Source: an uncultured cyanobacterium (GTDB lineage: Bacteria > Cyanobacteriota > Cyanobacteriia > Cyanobacteriales > CAWUOF01). Taken from it: a stretch of 64,000 bases of DNA. Below are positions 30,626 through 40,072 of this stretch, one piece after another; position 1 is the stretch's first letter; each line of letters opens with the position of its first letter. Position numbers and translations under genes: made by a program. The DNA lies in assembly GCA_963744145.1 (NCBI GenBank), contig CAVUSO010000001.1, forward strand, positions 1 through 64,000, read 5' to 3'. The notes below the pieces were generated by a model. It saw only the letters and a list, made by a program, of their open reading frames with translations, made no database searches and had not been told where the DNA came from.

Positions 30626-31693
30626 TCAATTTCTGGATAAAACTCTTGACATTTTTGCCAGTTTCAAAGTTTGGTTGCCAGCATCAAGGGTGATCGGACC
30701 AGGAGCCTCTACTGTCCGAATATTGACAAACCCAACTTCCGTTAGCCAACTGCTGATTTCAGCAAACGAGAAAGTATCCCCTTCATCCGTACCTACTAGC
30801 ATATTGACAGCAAAAATTGTCCCATTGATCGGACCGGTTCGCGCCTCATTGACAAGCCACTCCGCGATCGCGATCGTTCCACCCGGAGCAAGGGCCTCAA
30901 AAACTTTGTGGAGCAATTGACGGCTGCGTACTTCACCTTCACTGTGAATAATATGCCCTAGTATTGCTAGATGATAGCCCGTACCGAAAGCAGCGATCAG
31001 CAAATCACCCTCAATGCACTTATACCGATCAGTCAGCCCAAATCGCTCGGCATTCTTCTTGGTAACGGGAATAACACCAGCCCAATCAACAGCAGTGACA
31101 TGAATTTTTGGCGATTGCTGGGCGATCGTTATGCCCCAAACACCCGACCCCGCTGCCAAATCGAGAACATCCAGTGACTGTTCTACATTGGCAACATCTA
31201 ATACTTTAGCCAGCACTTGCGCTGCTGGAAAGCTAGTCGGAAAAATATCGTTAACAAACTGCTGAAAAAAATCAGTGCCAGCCGATTCTTGATTGATAGC
31301 AGTTGTGGGCTTGCCTGTGCGAACAACTTCTGTTAGGTCTAACCATCTGGGCAACATTTGACGGCTAATGTGCCGGAACAGACCGCCACAGAAGCTAGGT
31401 TTGTTACTCACAAGAAAAGCGGCACTTTCAAGTGTCAAGGTATAGGTTTGCTCTACGTCTTTCGCCAAAAATTCTAAAGCAACCAGGGCATTTAATAAAA
31501 TTCGCAAGCCACGCACGGATGCTCCGGTAGCTTGACTGAGTTGCTCGATCGTTTTCCCACCTGCATCTAACAAATCGAAGATCTGATAATGGATTGCTGT
31601 TTCGATAATCAGTGGCGGTGCGTAACCAAAAGTAAACTGCATCAAGCGTTCTGGTGTTACAGGCGGTTGGCTCGTTTGCTGAGATTGATTCAT
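30626..31693 (-). CDS. SAM-dependent O-methyltransferase (Methyltransf_2 with dimerisation domain)
   Basis: VLDLAAGSG, IEGDL, LGHIIH, LAPGG. A 1-bp insertion near 30693 probably masks a native end GPSPLMLATKL* at 30664. Confidence 0.88.
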   Translation of the reverse strand: MNQSQQTSQPPVTPERLMQFTFGYAPPLIIETAIHYQIFDLLDAGGKTIEQLSQATGASVRGLRILLNALVALEFLAKDVEQTYTLTLESAAFLVSNKPSFCGGLFRHISRQMLPRWLDLTEVVRTGKPTTAINQESAGTDFFQQFVNDIFPTSFPAAQVLAKVLDVANVEQSLDVLDLAAGSGVWGITIAQQSPKIHVTAVDWAGVIPVTKKNAERFGLTDRYKCIEGDLLIAAFGTGYHLAILGHIIHSEGEVRSRQLLHKVFEALAPGGTIAIAEWLVNEARTGPINGTIFAVNMLVGTDEGDTFSFAEISSWLTEVGFVNIRTVEAPGPITLDAGNQTLKLAKMSRVLSRN

Positions 31694-32029
31694 AGACTTT
31701 TCTCCTTTACCTTTGCGACATTAATCTTACAACATCTTTATAGTCGTGATTCTTAATTAGTATTAGGTTCTGGGGCATCAATTTCTGGATAGTGATTTTA
31801 AATAACTATGATGAGTGACAAAGTTCAGTTATTAAAATCTTTTCAAGATTTTAATCAAATTTGTAACTATTTGTAAATATCCCAGCAGAATTCACGGAAA
31901 TGGCATAATTTAAAATGAACATCTAACCGGGGTAAAGTTTGCCGATTAGGGTAGAAAAAACTAAATGATTAGAATTGGTCAAATCAGTGCTTATACAAAA
32001 ACTAATAAAAGAGAACGGAGAATGGCTAT

Positions 32030-34555
32030 ATGCTCATCAATTACCGACAAATAATTATAGAAAAAAACCAACCTAGACCGCGATCGCCAAAATTAAAATT
32101 AATCAGTACCGCTGTAAATCTGGGGTGCTTCACCGTTTTTTTATTCAACACTTGTCTATCTGCTTCAGCCCAAATTACGATCGATCAGACTTTACCAAAT
32201 AATAGTAGTGTGATGATCAATGGTAATCTGATCCAGATTGAGGGAGGTACTAAAGCTGGTAGAAATTTATTCCATAGCTTTAGTGAATTTTCGGTTAATC
32301 CTGGAACAGAAGTATATTTTAATAACTCTCTAGATATTCAAAATATTTTTACTCGGATTACAGGTAATACCATTTCAAATATTAACGGATTAATTCAGAC
32401 TAATGGTACTGCTAATTTATTTTTCCTTAACCCTAATGGGATTATTTTTGGTCCGAATGCGGCTTTAAATATTGGTGGTTCATTTATTGGTAGTAGTGCC
32501 AGTAGTATCAAATTTTCTGATGGTAGTCAGTTTAGCGCAAAACCTACTAATTTACCCTCACCATTATTAACCATAAATACGCCGATCGGGTTACAATTTG
32601 GTGCTAATCCAGGTCAGATTATTAATCAATCAACAGTGAGTATTCCCAATGTTAGTCAACCGGTGGGATTAGCAGTACCATCAGATCAAACCTTAGCATT
32701 GGTGGGAGGAGATATATTACTCCAAGGAGGAAATTTAACCGCATCGGGAGGAAGAATCGAGTTAAGTGCGGTGGGAGACAATAATTCAGTTAGTCTCACT
32801 CCCCTGGGAAATGGAGCAGGTTTTAGCTTGGGGATTCAAGATTTACAAAATTTACGTGATATCCAACTATCAAAGGGTGCATTAGTCAATACCAGTGGTA
32901 CAGGAGGGGGAGATATTCAGCTGCAAGGAAAACAAATTACGCTGCAAGATGGAGCAAGTTTGTTAGGATTGACTTTAGGTGATCTACCCGGAGGAACAAT
33001 TACAGTTAATGCTACAGGATCATTAGCAATAGCGGGGATCGGAGATTATGAAAATATAGTCAGAAAATTTGTGACAGGAACAATTGGATTGACTGATTTA
33101 CATAGCGGATTATTTGCTACTACATTAGGTACTGGTAAAGCTGGTAATGTGATTATTAACACACCCCAATTTACAGCAGATAATGGTGGTTATGTATCTG
33201 CGACTACAGTTAGTTCAGGTCAGGGTGGAACGATCATCGTAAATGCAGGATTGGTGCAATTAAATTCCTCATTTATTGCCACAGGAACTTCAGTAAATGG
33301 GGGAAATTCTGGGGATGTAACTGTTAATACTAATAAATTTATAGCTGATAATAATGCCATTATCACTACTTCTAGCTTTAGTACTGGTCAAGGAGGAAAT
33401 TTAAGTATTAACGCCCAGGATTCAGTTGAATTAATTGGAGTTAATCCCTTTACTATTATTCCCAATGTTCAAGGTTTTACTGGATTTTTTAGTAGTGGTT
33501 TAGGAGCTGGAAAAGCTGGTAATTTAGAGATCAATACCAAAACCTTATCTATGCTCAGTGGTTCCGATGTAGCTGCAAGTGTATTTGGTACTGGAGATGG
33601 GGGAAATATTACCATTAGAGCGACAAATTTGGTGGAATTAATTGGCAAATCTCCGAATGGTGAAGCTTTAACTTCGATCAATACTCTCACTCAACCTGGT
33701 TCGACGGGAAAAGGTGGAAATTTAGTGATTCAAACTCCAAATTTAACTCTGCAAGATGGAGCGACTTTAAGTGTGCGATCGCGCGGTTCAGGTAGCACTG
33801 GAAATTTACAAGTAATTGCCAATACCGTAAAAATTATCAATCAAAGTGGAATTGAAGGAACAGCAGTAGCTGGAGAAGGAGCCAACTTAGATTTTAATAC
33901 AAACACCTTACAAATAACTCAAAATAGTTTTATTTCTGCTACTGCTGGGACAGAAGGTGGACCAGGAAATGGTGGGAATATTAACATTAATACTAATACT
34001 TTAGGACTTTTAGAAAATAGTAGTATTGTCGCTAATGCTTTTTCTGGAAAAGGAGGAAATATTACCATTAATACTCAAGGAAATTTTATTTCAGCCGATA
34101 GTAAAATTACCGCTAGTTCAACTCTAGGGGTCAGTGGAGTAATTGCTATTAACACTCCGGAAATTGACCCAACTAAGGGATTAGTTAACTTACCCCAGAA
34201 TTTTACTAATGCGAGATCATTAATTAGTTCTAGTTGCGATCGGGCTCAAAGTAATCAGTTTACCATTACCGGAAAAGGAGGATTACCCCCTGATCCGAAT
34301 CAGACCCTGTTAGGAACAGCAGTTTGGAGAGATTTGCGATCGCTAAATTTAGGACGGGTCAGTCAGACTACTGATCAAACTAATCAATTTGACGTAACCT
34401 TGAGAAAAAAATTTCCACCGAGGATTTTAGAAGCAAATGGATGGATAATAGATCAACAGGGAAAAGTTAAGTTAGTTGTAGATACTACTCAAGGAAGTAT
34501 TCCCCATATTTGGTATTTTCCGGTAGAATGTGGGGGAATTTCCCGAAGCTCTTGA
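32030..34555 (+). CDS. Filamentous-hemagglutinin N-terminal domain (TpsA-like) exoprotein 1
   Basis: AQIT.D, NLFHSFSEFS, NLFFLNPNGIIFG; G.GGNI.I beta-helix repeats; FTITGKGGLP tail. Confidence 0.93.
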   Translation: MLINYRQIIIEKNQPRPRSPKLKLISTAVNLGCFTVFLFNTCLSASAQITIDQTLPNNSSVMINGNLIQIEGGTKAGRNLFHSFSEFSVNPGTEVYFNNSLDIQNIFTRITGNTISNINGLIQTNGTANLFFLNPNGIIFGPNAALNIGGSFIGSSASSIKFSDGSQFSAKPTNLPSPLLTINTPIGLQFGANPGQIINQSTVSIPNVSQPVGLAVPSDQTLALVGGDILLQGGNLTASGGRIELSAVGDNNSVSLTPLGNGAGFSLGIQDLQNLRDIQLSKGALVNTSGTGGGDIQLQGKQITLQDGASLLGLTLGDLPGGTITVNATGSLAIAGIGDYENIVRKFVTGTIGLTDLHSGLFATTLGTGKAGNVIINTPQFTADNGGYVSATTVSSGQGGTIIVNAGLVQLNSSFIATGTSVNGGNSGDVTVNTNKFIADNNAIITTSSFSTGQGGNLSINAQDSVELIGVNPFTIIPNVQGFTGFFSSGLGAGKAGNLEINTKTLSMLSGSDVAASVFGTGDGGNITIRATNLVELIGKSPNGEALTSINTLTQPGSTGKGGNLVIQTPNLTLQDGATLSVRSRGSGSTGNLQVIANTVKIINQSGIEGTAVAGEGANLDFNTNTLQITQNSFISATAGTEGGPGNGGNININTNTLGLLENSSIVANAFSGKGGNITINTQGNFISADSKITASSTLGVSGVIAINTPEIDPTKGLVNLPQNFTNARSLISSSCDRAQSNQFTITGKGGLPPDPNQTLLGTAVWRDLRSLNLGRVSQTTDQTNQFDVTLRKKFPPRILEANGWIIDQQGKVKLVVDTTQGSIPHIWYFPVECGGISRSS

Positions 34556-34599
34556 GCAAAATCATCTCGATTTTGAAACTAACCATTTAGTTTAAGTAT

Positions 34600-37347
34600 A
34601 TGCACCAACTATCAAGACACTTTGTCCTCACAACTCTTTTATCTTTCTATCCTTTGATCGCAGGTGCCCAAATTACACCGGATGCTACATTACCGAGCAA
34701 TAGCACCGTAATTCCTCAAGGTCAAAATTTCCAAATTCAGGGTGGGACAAGAATTGGTAATAATCTTTTCCACAGTTTTCAAGAATTTTCCCTCAGTACA
34801 GGACAGACAGCTAATTTTAATAATGATCTAAATATTCAAAATATTTTCAGTCGTGTTACGGGTGGAAAAATATCTAATATTGATGGATTAATTCAAGCAA
34901 ATGGGAGCGCTAACTTATTTTTCCTCAATCCCGCAGGGATCATATTTGGTCCTAATGCTTCTCTTCATTTAGGTGGTTCTTTGATTATAACTACTGCTAA
35001 CAGCATCAAATTTAGCGATGGTAGTTTTTTCAGTGCAACTAATCCCACTGCACCACCATTATTAACAGTAAATGTACCGATTGGTTTACAGATTGATTCC
35101 AATCCAGGTGCAATTCAAGTTCAAGGAAATGGTAATAATCTGCAATATGATCCTAATACTTTAGCGACAGTGCGAACTCAAAGACCTGTTGGTCTCCAAG
35201 TACCCGATGGTAATACTTTAGCTTTATTAGGTGGAGATATTAATTTAACTGGAGGTAATATTACTGCTGCTGGGGGAAGAATTGAACTAGGTAGTGTTGC
35301 TCAAGGTTTGGTTACTCTTACTCCGCTTAACTCCTCTGTTCCAATCAATCAAGGAGGGATTGTTGGATGGAAGCTTGGATATGAAGGAATTACTAATTTT
35401 CAAGATATCAATCTAACCCAAGGAGCTTCTGCTTCGAGTAGTGGAATCAGTGGAGGTCAAACTCAAGTTCAAGGTAGAAATATTATCATCGCAGATGGTG
35501 CTGCAATTTTAGCAGATACTTTAGGAAAATATAATGGTGGAGGGTTAATTGTCAAAGGGTCAGAATCAGTTCAAGTAACTGGTTCCTCTGATTTATTTTC
35601 GAGTAGTTTATTTGCTTCTGTTGATCCAGGGGTAACGGGAAATGGGGGATTGCTCACGATTGAAACTGGACGTTTAGTGATTACTAATGAGGGGATAGTT
35701 GGTGCTGATACATTTGGGGTTGGTAATGCAGGGGGAATTAATATTAAAGCGAACTCAGTGGAAGTTTCTGGGGGTAGTGTCCTAGAAGCTTCTGTATATA
35801 CGGGAGCTACAGGAAATGGGGGAGTTTTAAATATTAATACTAATAGTTTATCCGTGCTTGGAGGTTCACAGATTTTAAATTTTACTCGAGCTGGTGGTAA
35901 TGCTGGAGATATTAATATTAATGCTAATCAAGTTAATGTCGATGGAACCACCCAGTCAGGTAGTTATCCGAGTTTATTGTCGGTTTCTGTGGAATCAGGA
36001 GCTACAGGTCAGGGTGGGAAGTTAAATGTCACAACTGATAGTTTATTTATTACGAATGGAGCGAGACTAGGAGGTAATACTTCAAGTACTGGTAAAGCTG
36101 GAGAAGTTAATATTTCGGCTAATTTAGTAGAAGTAAGTGGATTTGGGAAGAAAGGTAATTTAAGTATTTTGTCTGCTGATGCAGATCAAAATACTGGAAA
36201 TGGAGGAAGTTTAACGATTAATACGGGGAAATTACTGGTCAACAATGGAGGACAAGTTAGTACCGGCACTTTTGATAGTGGTCAAGGAGGTAATCTCATT
36301 ATTAATGCAACTAATTCGATTGATTTAAGTGGAGAAACTCCTGTATTTCCTCTGCGCGATCGCTCTTACTTTACTGATAGTTCTGGACAATTTTTTCCCA
36401 GTGGTTTATTTGCGGGTTCACAAGGAACAGGAAATGCTGGTAGTTTATCAATCCAAACTCCTCAATTAAGTGTCAGTAATCAAGCTCTAATTTCTGCGAG
36501 TGGTTTTACTGGAAAAGGAGGAAGTTTATTGGTGCAAGCTCCCAATTTAACTTTGGATAATGGAGGAAAATTAAGTGTGCGATCGCAAGGAACGGGAGCA
36601 ACTGGAAATTTACAAGTAATTGCGAATACAGTTAAATTTAACCATCAAAGTGGGATTGAAGGAACTTCGATTACTGGGGAAGGAGCTAACTTAAGCTTAA
36701 GTGCAGATACCATCCAATTAAGAAATAATAGCTTTATTTCCGCTACTGCGGGGACTCAAGGTGGACCGGGAAATGGTGGGAATATTAATATTACGACCAA
36801 TACCTTGGGACTTTTAGAAAAAAGTAATATTGTTGCTAATGCGTTTTCTGGGAAAGGTGGAAATATTACTATTACTACTCAAGGAGATTTTCTTTCCCCA
36901 GATAGTGAAATTACTGCTAGTTCTCAATTAGGATTAAATGGGGTGGTTGATATTCGTACCCCTGGAATTGATCCGAGTAAGGGATTAGTTAACTTACCCC
37001 AGAATTTTACCAACGTGAGTAAATTAATTAGTTCCACCTGCGATCGAACCCAAAGTAATCAATTTACTATAACTGGAAAAGGAGGATTACCTCCTAATCC
37101 AGGTCAGACCATTGTCGGAACTGCTATTTGGCAAGATCTGCGATCGCTTAGGGGGAAACAAAACCATAATTATGCTCAAGTAAATTATCAATTTGATGTC
37201 CCTTTAGCAAAACATTTTGCTCCTCCTATTCTCGAAGCAAATGGATGGATTATCGATCAAGAAGGGAAAGTTAAGTTAGTTACTCATATACCTCAAGAAA
37301 ATAGTCAGAATGGTTGGTATCATTCAGTCCCTTGTCGGGGTAGTTAG
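34600..37347 (+). CDS. Filamentous-hemagglutinin N-terminal domain exoprotein 2
   Basis: NLFHSFQEFS, NLFFLNPAGIIFG and the same architecture. Confidence 0.93.
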   Translation: MHQLSRHFVLTTLLSFYPLIAGAQITPDATLPSNSTVIPQGQNFQIQGGTRIGNNLFHSFQEFSLSTGQTANFNNDLNIQNIFSRVTGGKISNIDGLIQANGSANLFFLNPAGIIFGPNASLHLGGSLIITTANSIKFSDGSFFSATNPTAPPLLTVNVPIGLQIDSNPGAIQVQGNGNNLQYDPNTLATVRTQRPVGLQVPDGNTLALLGGDINLTGGNITAAGGRIELGSVAQGLVTLTPLNSSVPINQGGIVGWKLGYEGITNFQDINLTQGASASSSGISGGQTQVQGRNIIIADGAAILADTLGKYNGGGLIVKGSESVQVTGSSDLFSSSLFASVDPGVTGNGGLLTIETGRLVITNEGIVGADTFGVGNAGGINIKANSVEVSGGSVLEASVYTGATGNGGVLNINTNSLSVLGGSQILNFTRAGGNAGDININANQVNVDGTTQSGSYPSLLSVSVESGATGQGGKLNVTTDSLFITNGARLGGNTSSTGKAGEVNISANLVEVSGFGKKGNLSILSADADQNTGNGGSLTINTGKLLVNNGGQVSTGTFDSGQGGNLIINATNSIDLSGETPVFPLRDRSYFTDSSGQFFPSGLFAGSQGTGNAGSLSIQTPQLSVSNQALISASGFTGKGGSLLVQAPNLTLDNGGKLSVRSQGTGATGNLQVIANTVKFNHQSGIEGTSITGEGANLSLSADTIQLRNNSFISATAGTQGGPGNGGNINITTNTLGLLEKSNIVANAFSGKGGNITITTQGDFLSPDSEITASSQLGLNGVVDIRTPGIDPSKGLVNLPQNFTNVSKLISSTCDRTQSNQFTITGKGGLPPNPGQTIVGTAIWQDLRSLRGKQNHNYAQVNYQFDVPLAKHFAPPILEANGWIIDQEGKVKLVTHIPQENSQNGWYHSVPCRGS

Positions 37348-37433
37348 GGTAACCTTCCTGGAGGAACACATATACCAAGGAAATTTTGCCAAGATTTGGT
37401 ATGATCCAGTAGAGTTTGATCTCTTTAATTCAG

Positions 37434-39911
37434 ATGAATAAAAATCCGCCCAAAATACCACAATTTTTCTTTAATAGAAAAGCATTAATTGGTACTCTAG
37501 CAATCTTATCCTGGCAAACTTGTAGTATAGCTTTAGCACAAATTATTCCTGATTCCAGTTTACCAACTAACAGTCATGTGATGATCAATGGAAATATTAT
37601 TCGCATTGAGGGAGGTAGTAAAGTTGGAGGAAATTTATTCCATAGCTTTAGTGATTTTTCTAACAGTGATGGGACTACAGTATTTTTCAATAATCCGCTC
37701 GATGTGCAAAATATTTTTACTCGGATTACTGGTAATACTAGCTCCAATATTAATGGCGTAATTCAGAGTAATGGGACGGCTAATTTATTTTTAATTAACC
37801 CCAATGGAATCACTTTTGGTCCGAATGCAGCGTTAAATATTGGTGGTTCATTTATTGGTAGTAGTGCTAATAATATTCAATTTACTGATGGAACTCAATT
37901 TAGCGTTAAATCTAATAATTTAGTCACTCATTTATTGACAATTACAGCGCCGATTGGTTTACAATTTAACGCTAATGCTGGTAACATTATTAATCAATCT
38001 ACTGTCAGTATTCCTAATATTACACACCCGATCGGATTAGCAGTACAACCGGGAAAAACTTTAGCATTAATAGGTGGAAATATTCTCTTATCAGGAGGAG
38101 TTTTAACCGCATCGGGAGGAAGAATCGAGTTAAGTGCTGTGGGAGATAATAATAGGGTGAGTCTGACTCCGATCGCGACTGGTTTTATGTTGGGAATTCA
38201 AGACTTGCAAAATTTAAGGGATATTCAATTATCACAAGGTGGGTTAGTCAATACCAGTGGAATTGGAGGAGGAGATATTCAACTTCAAGGAAGACAAATT
38301 AGTCTCCAAGATGGTGCGAGTTTATTAGGGTTAACCTTAGGTAATCTTCCGGGGGGAAAAATTACTGTTAATGCTGCTCAATCTTTAACCATAACAGGAA
38401 TCGGAGATTATGAAAATGTAGCCCGAAAATTGACAACTGGAAATGTTGGTTTAAATGAACTACATAGTGGGATATTTGCAATTACTTTAAATACTGGTAA
38501 AGCTGGTAATATTATGATTAATACTCCCCAATTAATCGCTAATAATGGAGCTTATATCGCTACAAGTACCCTAGCTCCAGGTCAAGGAGGAAATATATTA
38601 TTAAATACATCTCTGCTGCAATTAAATTCATCATTTATCGCGACGGGAACTGCTGGGATAAATTCTGGAGATGCGGGAGATTTAACGATCAATACTAATC
38701 AATTTATCGCTAATAATAACGCCATTTTAGCAACTTCGAGTTTTGGTAATGGTAAAGGAGGAAATTTAACTGTTAATGCAACGGACTTAATTAAATTAAT
38801 TGGGATTGATCCGTTTCAAGTTACTCCTAATACAAATGTAATTGCATTTACAGGTTTTTCTAGTGGTGCTGTGGGAACTGGAAAAGCAGGAAATATCCTC
38901 GTCAATACCAAAAAATTAATTATGTTGAGTGGAGCAGAATTATCTGCTAGTGTATATAATACAGGAGACGGAGGAAATATTACGATTAATGCAACTAAAT
39001 CTCTAGAGGTAGTTGGTATTTCTCCGAATGGCAAAAATTTAACATCCATCAATGCTCTAACTAACCCTGGTTCTACAGGACAAGGAGGAAGTTTACTGAT
39101 CCAAACTCCGAACTTAACTTTGCAAGATGGAGGAAGATTAGGTGTGCGATCGCAAGGAACGGGAAAGACGGGAAATTTACAAATAATTGCTGATCAAGTT
39201 AAATTTATAAATCAAGCTGGAATTGAAGGAACTTCGAGTGCTGGAGCAGGAGCTAATCTTAGTTTAAGTGCGAATACCATCCAATTAAGTAAAAATAGCT
39301 TTATTTCCGCTACTGCTGGTACAGCAGGTGGTGTGGGAGATGGTGGGAATATTAATATTCATACCCATACTTTAGGACTTTTAGAAAATAGTAGTATTGT
39401 CGCAAATACCTTTTTGGGAACAGGTGGAAATATTACTATTAATACTCAAGGAAATTTTATTTCGACCGATAGTAGCATTACCGCTAGTTCCAAATTTGGG
39501 ATCGATGGTACAGTGACCATTAATAATCCTAATCTTAATTCTAATAGTGGTGTGATCCTGTTATCACAAAAGGAGATAGATGCACTTGGTCTGATTGCTC
39601 GCGATCCCTGTAAAAAAATTCACAATAATAGTTTTATTATTACTGGTAAGGGTGGTTTACCTCACACTCCTTTTGATTTATTCACCACCAATGAAATATT
39701 AGCGGATTTAGGAACAGAATTACCTCAGACTCCTCTCTTACCCCATCAAATTATTTCTACTTCCACAAAGAATTTATCTCCTTCTAGCTCAGAACCGATG
39801 ATGGAAGCAACTGGATGGATTATCGATCAACAGGGAAAAGTTAAATTAGTTACCGATGTTCCTCAAGTAAATAATATTTGGTATCATCAAGTACATTGCA
39901 GGGATAGTTAA
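37434..39911 (+). CDS. Filamentous-hemagglutinin N-terminal domain exoprotein 3
   Basis: NLFHSFSDF, NLFLINPNGITFG; closest to exoprotein 1. Start uncertain. Confidence 0.92.
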   Translation: MNKNPPKIPQFFFNRKALIGTLAILSWQTCSIALAQIIPDSSLPTNSHVMINGNIIRIEGGSKVGGNLFHSFSDFSNSDGTTVFFNNPLDVQNIFTRITGNTSSNINGVIQSNGTANLFLINPNGITFGPNAALNIGGSFIGSSANNIQFTDGTQFSVKSNNLVTHLLTITAPIGLQFNANAGNIINQSTVSIPNITHPIGLAVQPGKTLALIGGNILLSGGVLTASGGRIELSAVGDNNRVSLTPIATGFMLGIQDLQNLRDIQLSQGGLVNTSGIGGGDIQLQGRQISLQDGASLLGLTLGNLPGGKITVNAAQSLTITGIGDYENVARKLTTGNVGLNELHSGIFAITLNTGKAGNIMINTPQLIANNGAYIATSTLAPGQGGNILLNTSLLQLNSSFIATGTAGINSGDAGDLTINTNQFIANNNAILATSSFGNGKGGNLTVNATDLIKLIGIDPFQVTPNTNVIAFTGFSSGAVGTGKAGNILVNTKKLIMLSGAELSASVYNTGDGGNITINATKSLEVVGISPNGKNLTSINALTNPGSTGQGGSLLIQTPNLTLQDGGRLGVRSQGTGKTGNLQIIADQVKFINQAGIEGTSSAGAGANLSLSANTIQLSKNSFISATAGTAGGVGDGGNINIHTHTLGLLENSSIVANTFLGTGGNITINTQGNFISTDSSITASSKFGIDGTVTINNPNLNSNSGVILLSQKEIDALGLIARDPCKKIHNNSFIITGKGGLPHTPFDLFTTNEILADLGTELPQTPLLPHQIISTSTKNLSPSSSEPMMEATGWIIDQQGKVKLVTDVPQVNNIWYHQVHCRDS

Positions 39912-40072
39912 ACAAAGTACCGCGATGATGATTAACTTTACTGATGGTACTCAATTTAGTGCTAAACTTAATCTTAGCAATACCCCTAGGGGTGACTTGG
40001 TCGGAGTATTTAAGGAAAATAAAAATTGCCCCAATGCGATCGCTAAACAATCAAACCTAGGAGAAGTTCAAA

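Noticed and set aside
32030-39911. Contact-dependent inhibition (CdiA) toxins
   Set aside because: The proteins are short, share a conserved C-terminal tail, and have no intervening immunity genes.
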